Assembly: GCA_963705105.1 (NCBI GenBank)
Contig: CAVPIW010000005.1
Span: 320,001 to 384,000, forward strand
Direction: 5' to 3'
Source: an uncultured Nitrospiraceae bacterium
GTDB taxonomy: Bacteria > Nitrospirota > Thermodesulfovibrionia > Thermodesulfovibrionales > Dissulfurispiraceae
DNA: 64,000 nucleotides
Both the position numbers and the translations under genes were made by a program. The first letter of the stretch is position 1. Every line of letters begins with the position of its first letter. The notes beneath the pieces are model-generated. The model saw only the letters and a list, made by a program, of their open reading frames with translations, was not told the DNA's origin and ran no database searches. Positions 37,453 to 46,894 of this stretch are shown here, one piece after another.

Positions 37453-39951
37453 CTACTCTCCTCCGGGTTTAATATCCCAGATGTTCTTACAGTATTCCCG
37501 TATGGAGCGGTCGGAAGAAAACTTCCCCATGCGTGCCACATTCAGGATGGACATGCGGGACCACTGTTCCCGGTCGCGATAGGCCGAGCTCAGCCTGTCC
37601 TGGCAATCGATGTAGGACTGATAGTCTGCCAGGAGCATGAACGGGTCATAGCCCAGCAGGCTGTCGACAAGGGGCTTGAAGAGTCCCGCGTCTCCTTCCG
37701 AAAAGTATCCCGAGCGCACCTGGTCGATCGCTTCCCTGAGTTGTTCGTTCGTCTCGTAATGGCTCCGCGGATTGTAGCCTCCCTCCCGCAGGCTCAGCAC
37801 CTCTCCGGCGGTCAGGCCGAAGAGGAAAAAGTTCTCGGGCCCTACCTCTTCGCGGATCTCGACGTTTGCGCCGTCGAGGGTGCCGATGGTGAGGGCGCCG
37901 TTCATGGAGAACTTCATGTTTCCCGTGCCCGAGGCCTCCTTCCCGGCCGTCGATATCTGCTCCGAGAGATCTGCCGCAGGATAGACATGGTGAGCGTTCT
38001 TCACGTTGAAGTCAGGGAAGAAGATGACCTTCAGCCGACCGGCCACGTCGGGGTCGTTGTTCACCACATCGGCCACGGAATTGATCAGCTTGATGATCAG
38101 CTTGGCCATGAAATAGCCGGGGGCGGCCTTGCCGCCGAAGATGACCGTGCGGGGGACGATCTCCTGCCCGGGGTCCTTCTTGATCCTGTTGTACAGGGTT
38201 ATTATGTGGAGCACGTTCAGGTGCTGCCGCTTGTACTCATGGAGCCGCTTCACCTGTATGTCGAACATCGAATCGGGGTCCGTGGCGACGCCGGACCTTT
38301 CCTTCATGATCGCCGCAAGCCTGTCCTTATTGCTGCGCTTGATCTTTTGCCACTCTTGCCGGAATCCGGCATCGTCTGCGAAGGGTTCGATTTTCCTGAT
38401 CTCGTCTTCAAAGTGTTTGATCCAGCCGTCACCGATTTTCCGGGTGAGCAGTTCCGTGAGTCCCGGGTTGCTCAGGGCTATCCACCGCCGGGGGGTGACC
38501 CCGTTTGTGACGTTCATGAAGCGCTCGGGATAGAAGTCGTACAGGTCCTTCATGACTGTCCTGGTGAGGAGATCGGAGTGCAGCGCCGCCACCCCGTTGA
38601 CCCGGTGGCTTCCCACAGCGGCAAGATGGGCCATGCGGACGTACTTCTCCCCGCTCTCGTCGATCAGCGAGAGGCGTGATGCCAGTCCGTCATCACCGGG
38701 GAACCTCAGGCGGACTTCATCGAGAAACCGCCTGTTGATCTCATAGATGATTTCCATGTGGCGGGGAAGGGAGCGGCTGAAAAGCTGCAGGGACCATTTC
38801 TCGAGCGCCTCGGGCAGCAGTGTATGGTTGGTATATGCCATGGTCTGCCGGGTTATCTGCCATGCCCTGTCCCATTCCATGATGTGCTCATCCAGGAGGA
38901 GCCGCATCAGCTCTGCAACGGCAATGGAAGGATGGGTGTCGTTGAGCTGAACGGAAAAACTCTCGTGGAATGTATCGAGGCTCCTCCCCCGCTGGAGATG
39001 AATGCGGATCATGTCCTGAAGGGAGCAGGAGACGAAGAAATACTGCTGTCCAAGACGGAGTGTCTTCCCTATTTCCGGTTCGTCGTTCGGGTAAAGGACC
39101 TTGCTCACTGTCTCGGAAATGACCTTCTCGTTCACGGCCTTGTAGTAGTCGCCGACATTGAAGGACTCGAAGTCGAAGGACTCGACGGCCTCAGATTTCC
39201 AAAGCCTGAGCAGGTCTATAAGGTCGCCCCGGTAGGACGAGACGGGCGTGTCGTGGGCAATGCCTTTGACGACGCGGTGGGGAACCCAGCGCACCCTGAA
39301 ATTTCCCTGTTCGTCATGAAACTGTTCTGTCCGGCCGCCGAAATTCACATAATAGGAGACCTCCGGCCTGCAGATCTCCCAGGGATTTCCGAAGCGAAGC
39401 CACTTGTCGGTCTTCTCTACCTGCCATCCGTCACGGATCTCCTGATCGAAGATGCCGAACTCATACCGCAGACCGTACCCGATGGCCGGCACGCCAATCG
39501 ACGCGAGGGAATCCATGTAGCAGGCAGCGAGCCTGCCGAGGCCGCCGTTGCCGAGTCCCGGCTCCTCCTCCTGGGCAAGCAGGTCGTCCAGCTCCAGGCC
39601 GAGCTCTTTCAACGCCTCCCGCATGGAGTCGGTCATGTCCAGGTTCAGCAGATTGTTTCCCAGGTGGGGACCCATCAGAAACTCGGCGGAGAGGTAGCAG
39701 GCGATCTTCACATCAGGGCGGGAAATCTCCCTGAGGGAACGCAAAAAGCGTTCGAGCATATGGTCCCGCACCGTATGGGCCACTGCCATATACCAGTCGT
39801 TCGGCGTGGCAAGTTCCGGAAGGCGTCCCTGGACGTAATAGAGGTTATCGAGGACAGCCTGTTTGACGGAGGAAACGCCGGTCCCTGTCCGGGCATTCCT
39901 GTCTGTTCCGACAGATGATGAACCGCTCATATTTGCTGATCCTTTCGCCAT
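37453..39951 (-). CDS. glgP: Glycogen/starch phosphorylase
   Basis: GLGNGGLGRL, LNDTHP, KRLHEYKRQ, EASGTGNMK. Confidence 0.96.
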   Translation of the reverse strand: MAKGSANMSGSSSVGTDRNARTGTGVSSVKQAVLDNLYYVQGRLPELATPNDWYMAVAHTVRDHMLERFLRSLREISRPDVKIACYLSAEFLMGPHLGNNLLNLDMTDSMREALKELGLELDDLLAQEEEPGLGNGGLGRLAACYMDSLASIGVPAIGYGLRYEFGIFDQEIRDGWQVEKTDKWLRFGNPWEICRPEVSYYVNFGGRTEQFHDEQGNFRVRWVPHRVVKGIAHDTPVSSYRGDLIDLLRLWKSEAVESFDFESFNVGDYYKAVNEKVISETVSKVLYPNDEPEIGKTLRLGQQYFFVSCSLQDMIRIHLQRGRSLDTFHESFSVQLNDTHPSIAVAELMRLLLDEHIMEWDRAWQITRQTMAYTNHTLLPEALEKWSLQLFSRSLPRHMEIIYEINRRFLDEVRLRFPGDDGLASRLSLIDESGEKYVRMAHLAAVGSHRVNGVAALHSDLLTRTVMKDLYDFYPERFMNVTNGVTPRRWIALSNPGLTELLTRKIGDGWIKHFEDEIRKIEPFADDAGFRQEWQKIKRSNKDRLAAIMKERSGVATDPDSMFDIQVKRLHEYKRQHLNVLHIITLYNRIKKDPGQEIVPRTVIFGGKAAPGYFMAKLIIKLINSVADVVNNDPDVAGRLKVIFFPDFNVKNAHHVYPAADLSEQISTAGKEASGTGNMKFSMNGALTIGTLDGANVEIREEVGPENFFLFGLTAGEVLSLREGGYNPRSHYETNEQLREAIDQVRSGYFSEGDAGLFKPLVDSLLGYDPFMLLADYQSYIDCQDRLSSAYRDREQWSRMSILNVARMGKFSSDRSIREYCKNIWDIKPGGE

Positions 39952-40258
39952 GACGTATCTCCTTTTCAGGTGATGACCGCAGGTGCATGCTCTATCTATA
40001 ATTCATTGGTGTCCAAAAGAACGTGACACGAGGATAGGGCATGCTTTCTCCGCAAGATAGACGTTGTCGCACACACACTCTGCGGCTTGCGCCTTCGACT
40101 CCCGCCGCCGTTCACGTTACCCGTGAATTTTGATTCAGAAACCACACCCTATCCTCGCTTTCAAGGTCCCGCTGCAAGATATTTTGGACAGGGGCGACTC
40201 ATACTATATAGTATAGCGTATTATTTCACTCCCGGCCCTATACGAGCGGGCCACCGGA

Positions 40259-41449
40259 TCACGGCCGTATCCAGGCGCTGCCGAACTGCACATAGATCGC
40301 GGCATCGGGGCCGAAGGCCACGTCCACACCCATGTGCAGCCCGTATTTGCGAGCCAGCTCGTAACGAAAGCCCATGCCACCCGTCACCACATCGAGCGTG
40401 TTTTCGACGCGCTTGAAATCGTTCCATGCCAGGCCGGCGCCGGCAAAGCCGACGAGGCTGAAGCGCTTCCAGAGCTGCCACCTCAACTCCGCCTCGATCT
40501 GCGCCACGTGATCACCCTGGTAGCGCATGAGCTGCGCCCCGCGCAGGGCGATGAAGGGCCGCAAATAGAAGGGCACGTCGCCGAAGCTCATGACGGCGTC
40601 GCACCTTACCCCGAGCACCAGTTCCGGACGCAGGGCCAGGAAGCGCATCGCCGTCAGATTGACACGCTGGAACTCGTCGTCTCCTCCCAGGGCCTGGCTG
40701 AACAACCCCGCCGACGCCTCGAGATAGGCGCCGCGCGCCGGGGTGAAGATGGTGTCCCGTGAATCGTAGATGAGCGACGTCGTCAAACCGCCCACGCGGG
40801 ACTCACTCCGGAAATCGGGCAGGCGGGGCGTTGCAGGCGGCGCGTCAAAGGAGATCTTCGTCGTGGCGAAGGCGTACCCGAGTCCGACCGAAACCCGTGA
40901 ACCGCCGAGCCTGTACTTCACGTGCACGAGGCCGCCCAGGGGCTCGAGGTTGTACGTGAGCGGGTTATCCTTCAGCACGTCGTCCCGTCCGATGCCGTAA
41001 AAGTCGAGATTGACCGATGCATAGATCAGTCCCGCGAGCGTCTGCAGCCGGTCGTCCAGCCAGTGCCGGACGTCACCGGCCAGCACACCCCAGGTGCCGT
41101 TTTCCGTCGCGAGTCCTCCCACCACGGTGAGGTTCGGCCTCCCGAAGCCGTCTGCCGCTTCGCCGACGGGTTTGTCAATGAACACCAGGCCGCCTGCGGC
41201 GCCATAGCCGACGGCCGGCTCGGTGACGGGCATCACCACCGGCACGAAGCCGTAGGCCTGGTCAAGGAAACCGCTGACATCCAGCCAGCCGTCCTCGGAG
41301 GAGCGGAACTTTGACGGGGCGTGAGTGGTTCCGGCAGCCTGCGACGGCTCTTTGTTCACATCAGTTTCTGAGGCTGACGCAACGGCTGCCGACAAGATGA
41401 CCATCAACAGAATAACCCACCCCGCGCGCCTCACCATGGCCGTTCTCAT
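40259..41449 (-). CDS. BamA/TamA-like outer membrane beta-barrel protein
   Basis: Signal peptide, YDSRD...P..G motif, alternating beta-strand pattern. Confidence 0.7.
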   Translation of the reverse strand: MRTAMVRRAGWVILLMVILSAAVASASETDVNKEPSQAAGTTHAPSKFRSSEDGWLDVSGFLDQAYGFVPVVMPVTEPAVGYGAAGGLVFIDKPVGEAADGFGRPNLTVVGGLATENGTWGVLAGDVRHWLDDRLQTLAGLIYASVNLDFYGIGRDDVLKDNPLTYNLEPLGGLVHVKYRLGGSRVSVGLGYAFATTKISFDAPPATPRLPDFRSESRVGGLTTSLIYDSRDTIFTPARGAYLEASAGLFSQALGGDDEFQRVNLTAMRFLALRPELVLGVRCDAVMSFGDVPFYLRPFIALRGAQLMRYQGDHVAQIEAELRWQLWKRFSLVGFAGAGLAWNDFKRVENTLDVVTGGMGFRYELARKYGLHMGVDVAFGPDAAIYVQFGSAWIRP

Positions 41450-41508
41450 CGTCTGAACCTTTCGGTTACGCGAAAAGACGGGAGGAGCGAAGCTCCTCCC
41501 ATGAGGAG

Positions 41509-43359
41509 TCACGACTTCGGCGCCTTTTCCTTCTTCGGGGTCTTCGCAGGCCCCGGTTTTGCCGGCTTTGCCGCGTTGTCGCCGGCGATCCGGCCGAAGG
41601 TGATCGTCTCGGAGATCGAGTTGCCGCCCAGGCGGTTCGCGCCGTGGACTCCGCCTGTCACCTCTCCCGCCGCAAAGAAACCGGGGATGGGCTTACCGTT
41701 CTTGCCGATGACCTGGGCTCCGGTGTTGATCTTGAGGCCGCCCATGGTGTAGTGAACGCCCGGCATGATCTCGATAGCGTAGTACTTGGGCGTCCGTAAA
41801 GGCCGCGGCATGTCGGGCCGCTTGAACTCCAGGTCGTTCTTGTCATCGAAGGCCTTGTTGTACCCGTTCACCGTCGCCTCAAAGGCTTCAGCCGGAACTT
41901 TCAGCTTCCCCGCCAGGTCTTTGACGGTTTCCCCCTCGACCACCAGGTTGAGGTGGAAGTACCCGTCGATCTGCTTCAGGCTCTTCCGCACGCCCTCATC
42001 AAAGACCAGGAAAGCCGTCTTGCCGGTCTGGGCGAGAATGGCCGCCGAGGCGGCGTCACGGGTGGTGAGCTCATTGACGAAGCGCTTCCCTTCGCGGTTG
42101 ACAAGGATGGCCCCGTTGCCGCGGACCGCTTCGGTAATCAGGATACGGCTTCCCGCTGCAACAGTCGGGTGGATCTGGATCTCCTTCATGTGGATCAGGT
42201 TTCCGCCGGCGGCATCGCCCAGTTCCATCCCGTCACCCGTCGCCCCCGGTTGGTTGGACGTAGTCATGCCTTTGAATGGAGGCTGATAGAAGGCGACCTT
42301 CTCAGGGTTTGCCGAGAAACCACCCGCAGTAAGGACAACGGCTTTTGCCTCGATCTTATACAGCTTGCTGTGCTTGCCCTCGACCAGCACGCCCGTTACC
42401 CTGCCCTTCTTGTCCTCCAGGACCTTCAGGACCCTGCTGTTAAGACGCACGTCGATCTTACGGTTCTCGGCATTCTTCTTCAGCACCTGCGTGATGTGGG
42501 CGCCGACGGCGGCGCCGCCAGTCGGTCGGTGGGTGCGGTAGACGCTCGCGCCGCCCATCTGGCCGACGTCACTCACATCAGCCCCGAGGCTTGTGAGCCA
42601 GTCGACGGAGCCGGCCGAGTTGTTGGCAAGGACCCGCACCAGCTCGGGGTCATTGAGATTCTTTCCGCCCTTCATCGTGTCGTCGAACATGATTTGGCAA
42701 GTGTCTTTGATGCCCTTCTTCTTCTGGAACTGCGTCTCACAGGCGTTCATGCCGCCGGCGGCGAGCTGGCTGTTGCCCCCGGTGATGGGCATCTTCTCCA
42801 GCAGTATAACCTTCGCTCCTTTGTCGTGGGCGGTGATCGCGGCGCTGAAGCCTGCCGCCCCCGCGCCGATGACGAGGACATCGGTCTTCTCGGTCCTGAT
42901 CTTCTTCGGCACATCCTTCACTTCCGGCAGCTTGACGGACGGCAATTGGGCGGCAAGGGCGCCCGCCGGGATCTTCAGGTCAAAGCCGTGGCAGTTGAGG
43001 CAGTATGTCCACGAAGTCGTGTGGCCGTGGTGGCAGACGGTGCAGTCGATGTTCCCCAGATGGGCTTTGTGCGGATTGACCTCGTGCTTCGACTTTTCGG
43101 CGATTTTCTCCAGCGAGCCGTGACACTCGATGCACTTCCCGTTCACCACGGTCTCGTTGTCGTCGACCTTTGTCTCCTTCCCATGGCACGACGAGCACTC
43201 CATGCCTTTGTCCTTGTGCATGTCGGCGAGGAACGCACCCTTTGCCGGCTGAGCCTGCTTGCCGCCCTTGCCCGGGGCGGTCTCGGCCCAGGCCGCAGGC
43301 ACAGTCAGCGCAAGCGCAACGGCAACCATCAGCATGACGGCGACTTTCATTATTTTCAT
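41509..43359 (-). CDS. Tetraheme flavocytochrome c (FccA-like soluble fumarate reductase family)
   Basis: Four CxxCH motifs; GAGAAG FAD site; QIHPT, TTRD, HYTMGG, NRLGGN. Confidence 0.9.
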   Translation of the reverse strand: MKIMKVAVMLMVAVALALTVPAAWAETAPGKGGKQAQPAKGAFLADMHKDKGMECSSCHGKETKVDDNETVVNGKCIECHGSLEKIAEKSKHEVNPHKAHLGNIDCTVCHHGHTTSWTYCLNCHGFDLKIPAGALAAQLPSVKLPEVKDVPKKIRTEKTDVLVIGAGAAGFSAAITAHDKGAKVILLEKMPITGGNSQLAAGGMNACETQFQKKKGIKDTCQIMFDDTMKGGKNLNDPELVRVLANNSAGSVDWLTSLGADVSDVGQMGGASVYRTHRPTGGAAVGAHITQVLKKNAENRKIDVRLNSRVLKVLEDKKGRVTGVLVEGKHSKLYKIEAKAVVLTAGGFSANPEKVAFYQPPFKGMTTSNQPGATGDGMELGDAAGGNLIHMKEIQIHPTVAAGSRILITEAVRGNGAILVNREGKRFVNELTTRDAASAAILAQTGKTAFLVFDEGVRKSLKQIDGYFHLNLVVEGETVKDLAGKLKVPAEAFEATVNGYNKAFDDKNDLEFKRPDMPRPLRTPKYYAIEIMPGVHYTMGGLKINTGAQVIGKNGKPIPGFFAAGEVTGGVHGANRLGGNSISETITFGRIAGDNAAKPAKPGPAKTPKKEKAPKS

Positions 43360-43401
43360 AATTCCTCCTATCGTCTGATTAGCCTGCGAGCTTCTTGTAA
43401 A

Positions 43402-43749
43402 TCTCATCGACACATATACCCAACCGAAAGGCAAGGGGCATGCTCCGAAAACCTTGCTGCGACGACACCGTAACCCTCACAGAAAACACTCAAGCCAATG
43501 TCGAAAAAGATTATCCTGACAATACAAATCGACAATTTTCAAACTCTTTCGCCTTATAACAGAAGGTGCCCAACCGTAAGGCAAGGGGCATGCTCCGAAA
43601 ACCTTGCTGCGACGGTACCTTAACCGTCACAAAAGACAACGCCTCAAGCCGATATCTGAAATATCGTGCCTTTTACTGACACTCACACTCACACTGTCAC
43701 CGACACTGTTTTCTGGGCTCTTTGTCCCGCCTTTTCATGCAGCTGAAGG
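43402..43749 (+). mobile_element. Two adjacent family A-related elements (truncated ~43402-43551; complete 43552-43749)
   Basis: Duplicated AAGGCAAGGGGCATGCTCCGAAAACCTTGCTGCGACG; right end AAGG abuts the TTA stop at 43750. Confidence 0.7.
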
Positions 43750-44340
43750 TTACTTCTTCTTCGCCTTCTCCACGGAAACGGCCAGCGCCTCGGTGTAGGT
43801 GATCTGCACCTCGTCGCCCACCTTTATCTTCTCCAGGTTCTTGGGGTTCTCCGCCTTCACCGTCACTGTCCTGCCCTCCGGTCCCTTCAGGGTAACGGTG
43901 GCCTTCTTCTTGTCGATTGCCTGGATCGTCGCGACAAGGCTCACCTCGCGGCCCACCTTGCCCGCAGGGCTCTCTCCCGGCTTCGCACGAGACATGGTTT
44001 CGGTCTCCCGCACGCCCTCTGCAATCTCCCCGGGCTTCAGGATCCGGAACGCAATCGATTCATAGTACTTCACCACGACGATGTCACCGACCTTCACCTG
44101 AGGCAGGTTCCTGACTTCCTCGCCCACGGCGACATCGAACACATTGCCCTTTTCACCCTTCAGCGTCACAACGCGCTTCTCAAGGTCGACGGCCTGAACG
44201 GTCGCCTTCGTCGAAACGGCCCTCTCCTTCTTCACGGATGGTTGTTTGTCCGTAGATGCAGCCTTCTCTCCGGCGAAAGCCAGGCCGGCAAGGGACAAAC
44301 CGAAAAGGACAACGAGACAGAGTGCAAATACTTTCTTCAT
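43750..44340 (-). CDS. Hypothetical exported protein with two internal beta-rich repeats
   Basis: AAGGAGG RBS, signal peptide, repeated AT(V/I)QA(V/I)D...VTLKG...KVGD. Confidence 0.8.
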   Translation of the reverse strand: MKKVFALCLVVLFGLSLAGLAFAGEKAASTDKQPSVKKERAVSTKATVQAVDLEKRVVTLKGEKGNVFDVAVGEEVRNLPQVKVGDIVVVKYYESIAFRILKPGEIAEGVRETETMSRAKPGESPAGKVGREVSLVATIQAIDKKKATVTLKGPEGRTVTVKAENPKNLEKIKVGDEVQITYTEALAVSVEKAKKK

Positions 44341-44410
44341 TACTACCTCCTTTTACCGATGTGGTTTCTAATAACTATGCAAACTATATCACCCTGTAGG
44401 TATATCTTAA

Positions 44411-44624
44411 CCTTATCGTTGCACTACACTCCCGGGAAAGGCGGGGCGTATGCGCCGAAAACCTTGCTGCGGCGACTCCGTAACCCTCACAGAAGACGAC
44501 CTTTCAAGCCAATGATCGATGCCACAAAGAGTGGAATCCCGAAAGACAAACCTGACGAGGCTCATCGTCGCCTTCAACAAGGCTTTGAGGCGCTTCGCCC
44601 CGCCTTTCAATGCAACTACTAAGG
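44411..44624 (+). mobile_element. Family A MITE copy
   Basis: CCTT...AAGG termini, TTAA duplicated at 44407-44410 and 44625-44628. Confidence 0.85.
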
Positions 44625-44653
44625 TTAAGTCAGGGGAATTTGTCATGACATTC

Positions 44654-45355
44654 TCACCCTTTCTTCGACCGTCTTGTCTCGATCTCCAGCGAAACCAGCC
44701 TGGCGAGCAGAATCGCGGGATAGAGCTGCCCGATGAGCGCTTCGAGCATCACGAGGGAGCGCGCCAGGGGGTGGATCGCCGTGATATCTCCGAAGCCGAC
44801 CGTTGTCAGTGCGACCATGCTGAAATACATGAATGCCTCAGTCCGCTCAGGCCCGGTCTGGGATACCCAGGCAGGCAGTTGAAACGAGCCGGGGACCAGA
44901 TGAGACATGATCGTGTAGCCGAAAGCGAACAGCACCGCAAGGAGCAGATATGCGGCGACGGCGCCTCGGACACGATGGCCTGTCACCGGGCCTTCACGAT
45001 AGACCTGCCACAGCACCACAACCACCATGCCGACAATCGACAGCAGCGAGAGCAGGGCGTCCCACAGCACAAGGCCGGAAATGTCGAAGACGACCCGGGC
45101 CAGTCGAATCCCGATGGCGCAGACAATAAACACCCCGGAAACCACCTGGATAATCCTGTGACGGACCATCGCAAGCAACCCTGCAAGGAGCATAAGAGAA
45201 AAGACGACGGCGGCCAACAGTCCTGTTGCAAAACCGGCCCTGGTTGACGGCATGGTTATGAATATTTCGACGATCAGCAGGACAAGGAGCGCGGTGAGGC
45301 TGCGCTCTTCCGTCAGGAGGCTCATCAATCGCTGAACCGTCGACAGAGGCTTCAC
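44654..45355 (-). CDS. Potassium channel family (Ion_trans_2) protein
   Basis: YFSMVALTTVGFGDI pore motif, TM helices. Confidence 0.85.
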   Translation of the reverse strand: MKPLSTVQRLMSLLTEERSLTALLVLLIVEIFITMPSTRAGFATGLLAAVVFSLMLLAGLLAMVRHRIIQVVSGVFIVCAIGIRLARVVFDISGLVLWDALLSLLSIVGMVVVVLWQVYREGPVTGHRVRGAVAAYLLLAVLFAFGYTIMSHLVPGSFQLPAWVSQTGPERTEAFMYFSMVALTTVGFGDITAIHPLARSLVMLEALIGQLYPAILLARLVSLEIETRRSKKG

Positions 45356-45426
45356 ATCATCTCCGTTTCGGGCCGAAAGAGGCTGGTGCCCGCTTCCGTC
45401 TGTCCCGATGTGGCGTGCGTTCCGGG

Positions 45427-46879
45427 TTACCGTGCCTCAGGGGTCTCCTGGGTCATGTGGTCCGCCTCGACGACCCATCCGCCTCCCATGGCTTTGTACA
45501 CGTTGACGAGGGCCTGAAACAGGGTCCCCTGTGTCTGCACGTATGTCAACTCGGCATTGTAAAACCTGCTCTGCGCATCGAGCACTTCGAGATAACTGGT
45601 GTATCCGTTGTCATAGCGCAGCCAGGAGAGGCGCAAGATAGTCGCGAAGGGAGTCCACCTGCTTCGCAAGAGCTTCCAGTTGCTCCCTCGTTCTCTTCTG
45701 GTCGACGAGGGCATCATCCACCTCGCGAAATGCCGTCTGGATCGACTGCTCGTACGACAGAAGCGCCTGCTGCTGAACCGCCTCGGCGGACTTTACCTGT
45801 CCGGCAATGGCGCCGGCGGTGAAGATCGGCGCGGAGACCGGCACCGCCCAGCTCCAGGTTTTCGCCGGCCCCTTGAAGAGGTCCGACAGGTCGTTGCTGG
45901 CGAATCCGAGGAGCCCCGTAAGGGAGATGCTCGGGTAATAGAGCGACTTCGCGACACCGATGTTCGCATTGGCGGCGATGAGGTTCTGCTCGGCCTGGCG
46001 GATGTCGGGACGGTTCCCGAGGATATCCGAAGGCAGGCCTGCAGGCACGGCGGGAGACACGAGCTGATCGATCGTCCTGCCGCGCGGAATGGGACCGGGG
46101 TTCCTTCCCAGGAGCACACTCAACGCATTCTCCTGCTGGCTGATGAACTTCTCGAAGAGAGAGACGTTCGAGAGCGCCTGTTCATACTGGGATTTCGACT
46201 GGCTGACTTCCACTTCAGAGACGATCCCGTACTCGAAGCGGAGCTTGAAGATATCGTACGACTCCTTATAGCTCTGTGCGGTCTCCTTCGTGAGCTCGAT
46301 CTGCTTGTCGAGGTCACGGAGGTTGATGTAGGAATTCGCCACAGAGCTGACGAGGGTCAGGATCACCGATCTCCTCGCCTCCTCCGAGCTGAGGATGTTC
46401 GCCCGGGCGGCCTCCGTCGCGCGCCGCAGCTTGCCCCAGAGGTCGATCTCCCAGGCGGCATTGAGAAACAGTTCCGAGCTGTTAAACGTTGCGTTGGCGC
46501 CGGTCCCATCGAGAGGTGTCGGCCCTGTCAGTTCACTCGCCCGCTGTCTCCCATAGGCTGCGCCGGCGAATACTTGCGGGAAGAGAGCCGCACGCGTCGT
46601 GCCGTAAAGGCCGGCGAACTCTTCGACCCGCGCAGCGGCGATCATCACATCCTTGTTCTCCCGGAGGGCGGTCTGAATGAGCTCATTCAGGACCGGGTCA
46701 CCGAACTGCTCCCACCAGGCGGTATTGGCAAGGTCCTTGGCTTCTTCCTCAGACAGCCGCCAGGAAGGGGGGACATCGACGGTCGGTCGCTGGTAATCCG
46801 GACCGACCATGCAGCCGCAGAGTGTCAGTGCCAGTGACAGTGCCAGTGTCTGGAAAAGACGAGCACGTATCCTACGCAT
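45427..46879 (-). CDS. RND efflux outer membrane lipoprotein (NodT-like), apparent +1 frameshift near 45635
   Basis: Lipobox LCGC, WWEQFGDP, WEIDLWG, RPDIR, YKAMGGGW in the second frame. Confidence 0.85.
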
Positions 46880-46894
46880 GGCTCTCTCCCTCCT

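Noticed and set aside
40201..40214. Palindrome ATACTATATAGTAT upstream of glgP
   Set aside because: A single AT-rich palindrome with no second copy or assignable regulator.
43420..43615. Duplicated CCCAACCG(A/T)AAGGCAAGGGG motif as a tandem riboswitch
   Set aside because: It continues into the family A arm (CCGAAAACCTTGCTGCG) and matches no riboswitch consensus I recognise.
288..44624. Family A repeats as a CRISPR array
   Set aside because: Copies are dispersed, ~200 bp long, have inverted arms and TSDs, show no repeat-spacer periodicity, and no cas genes are present.
46820..46849. AGTG(T/C)C hexamer run
   Set aside because: Lies in the signal-peptide coding region (LALSLALTL); resemblance to the intergenic hexamers may be coincidental.
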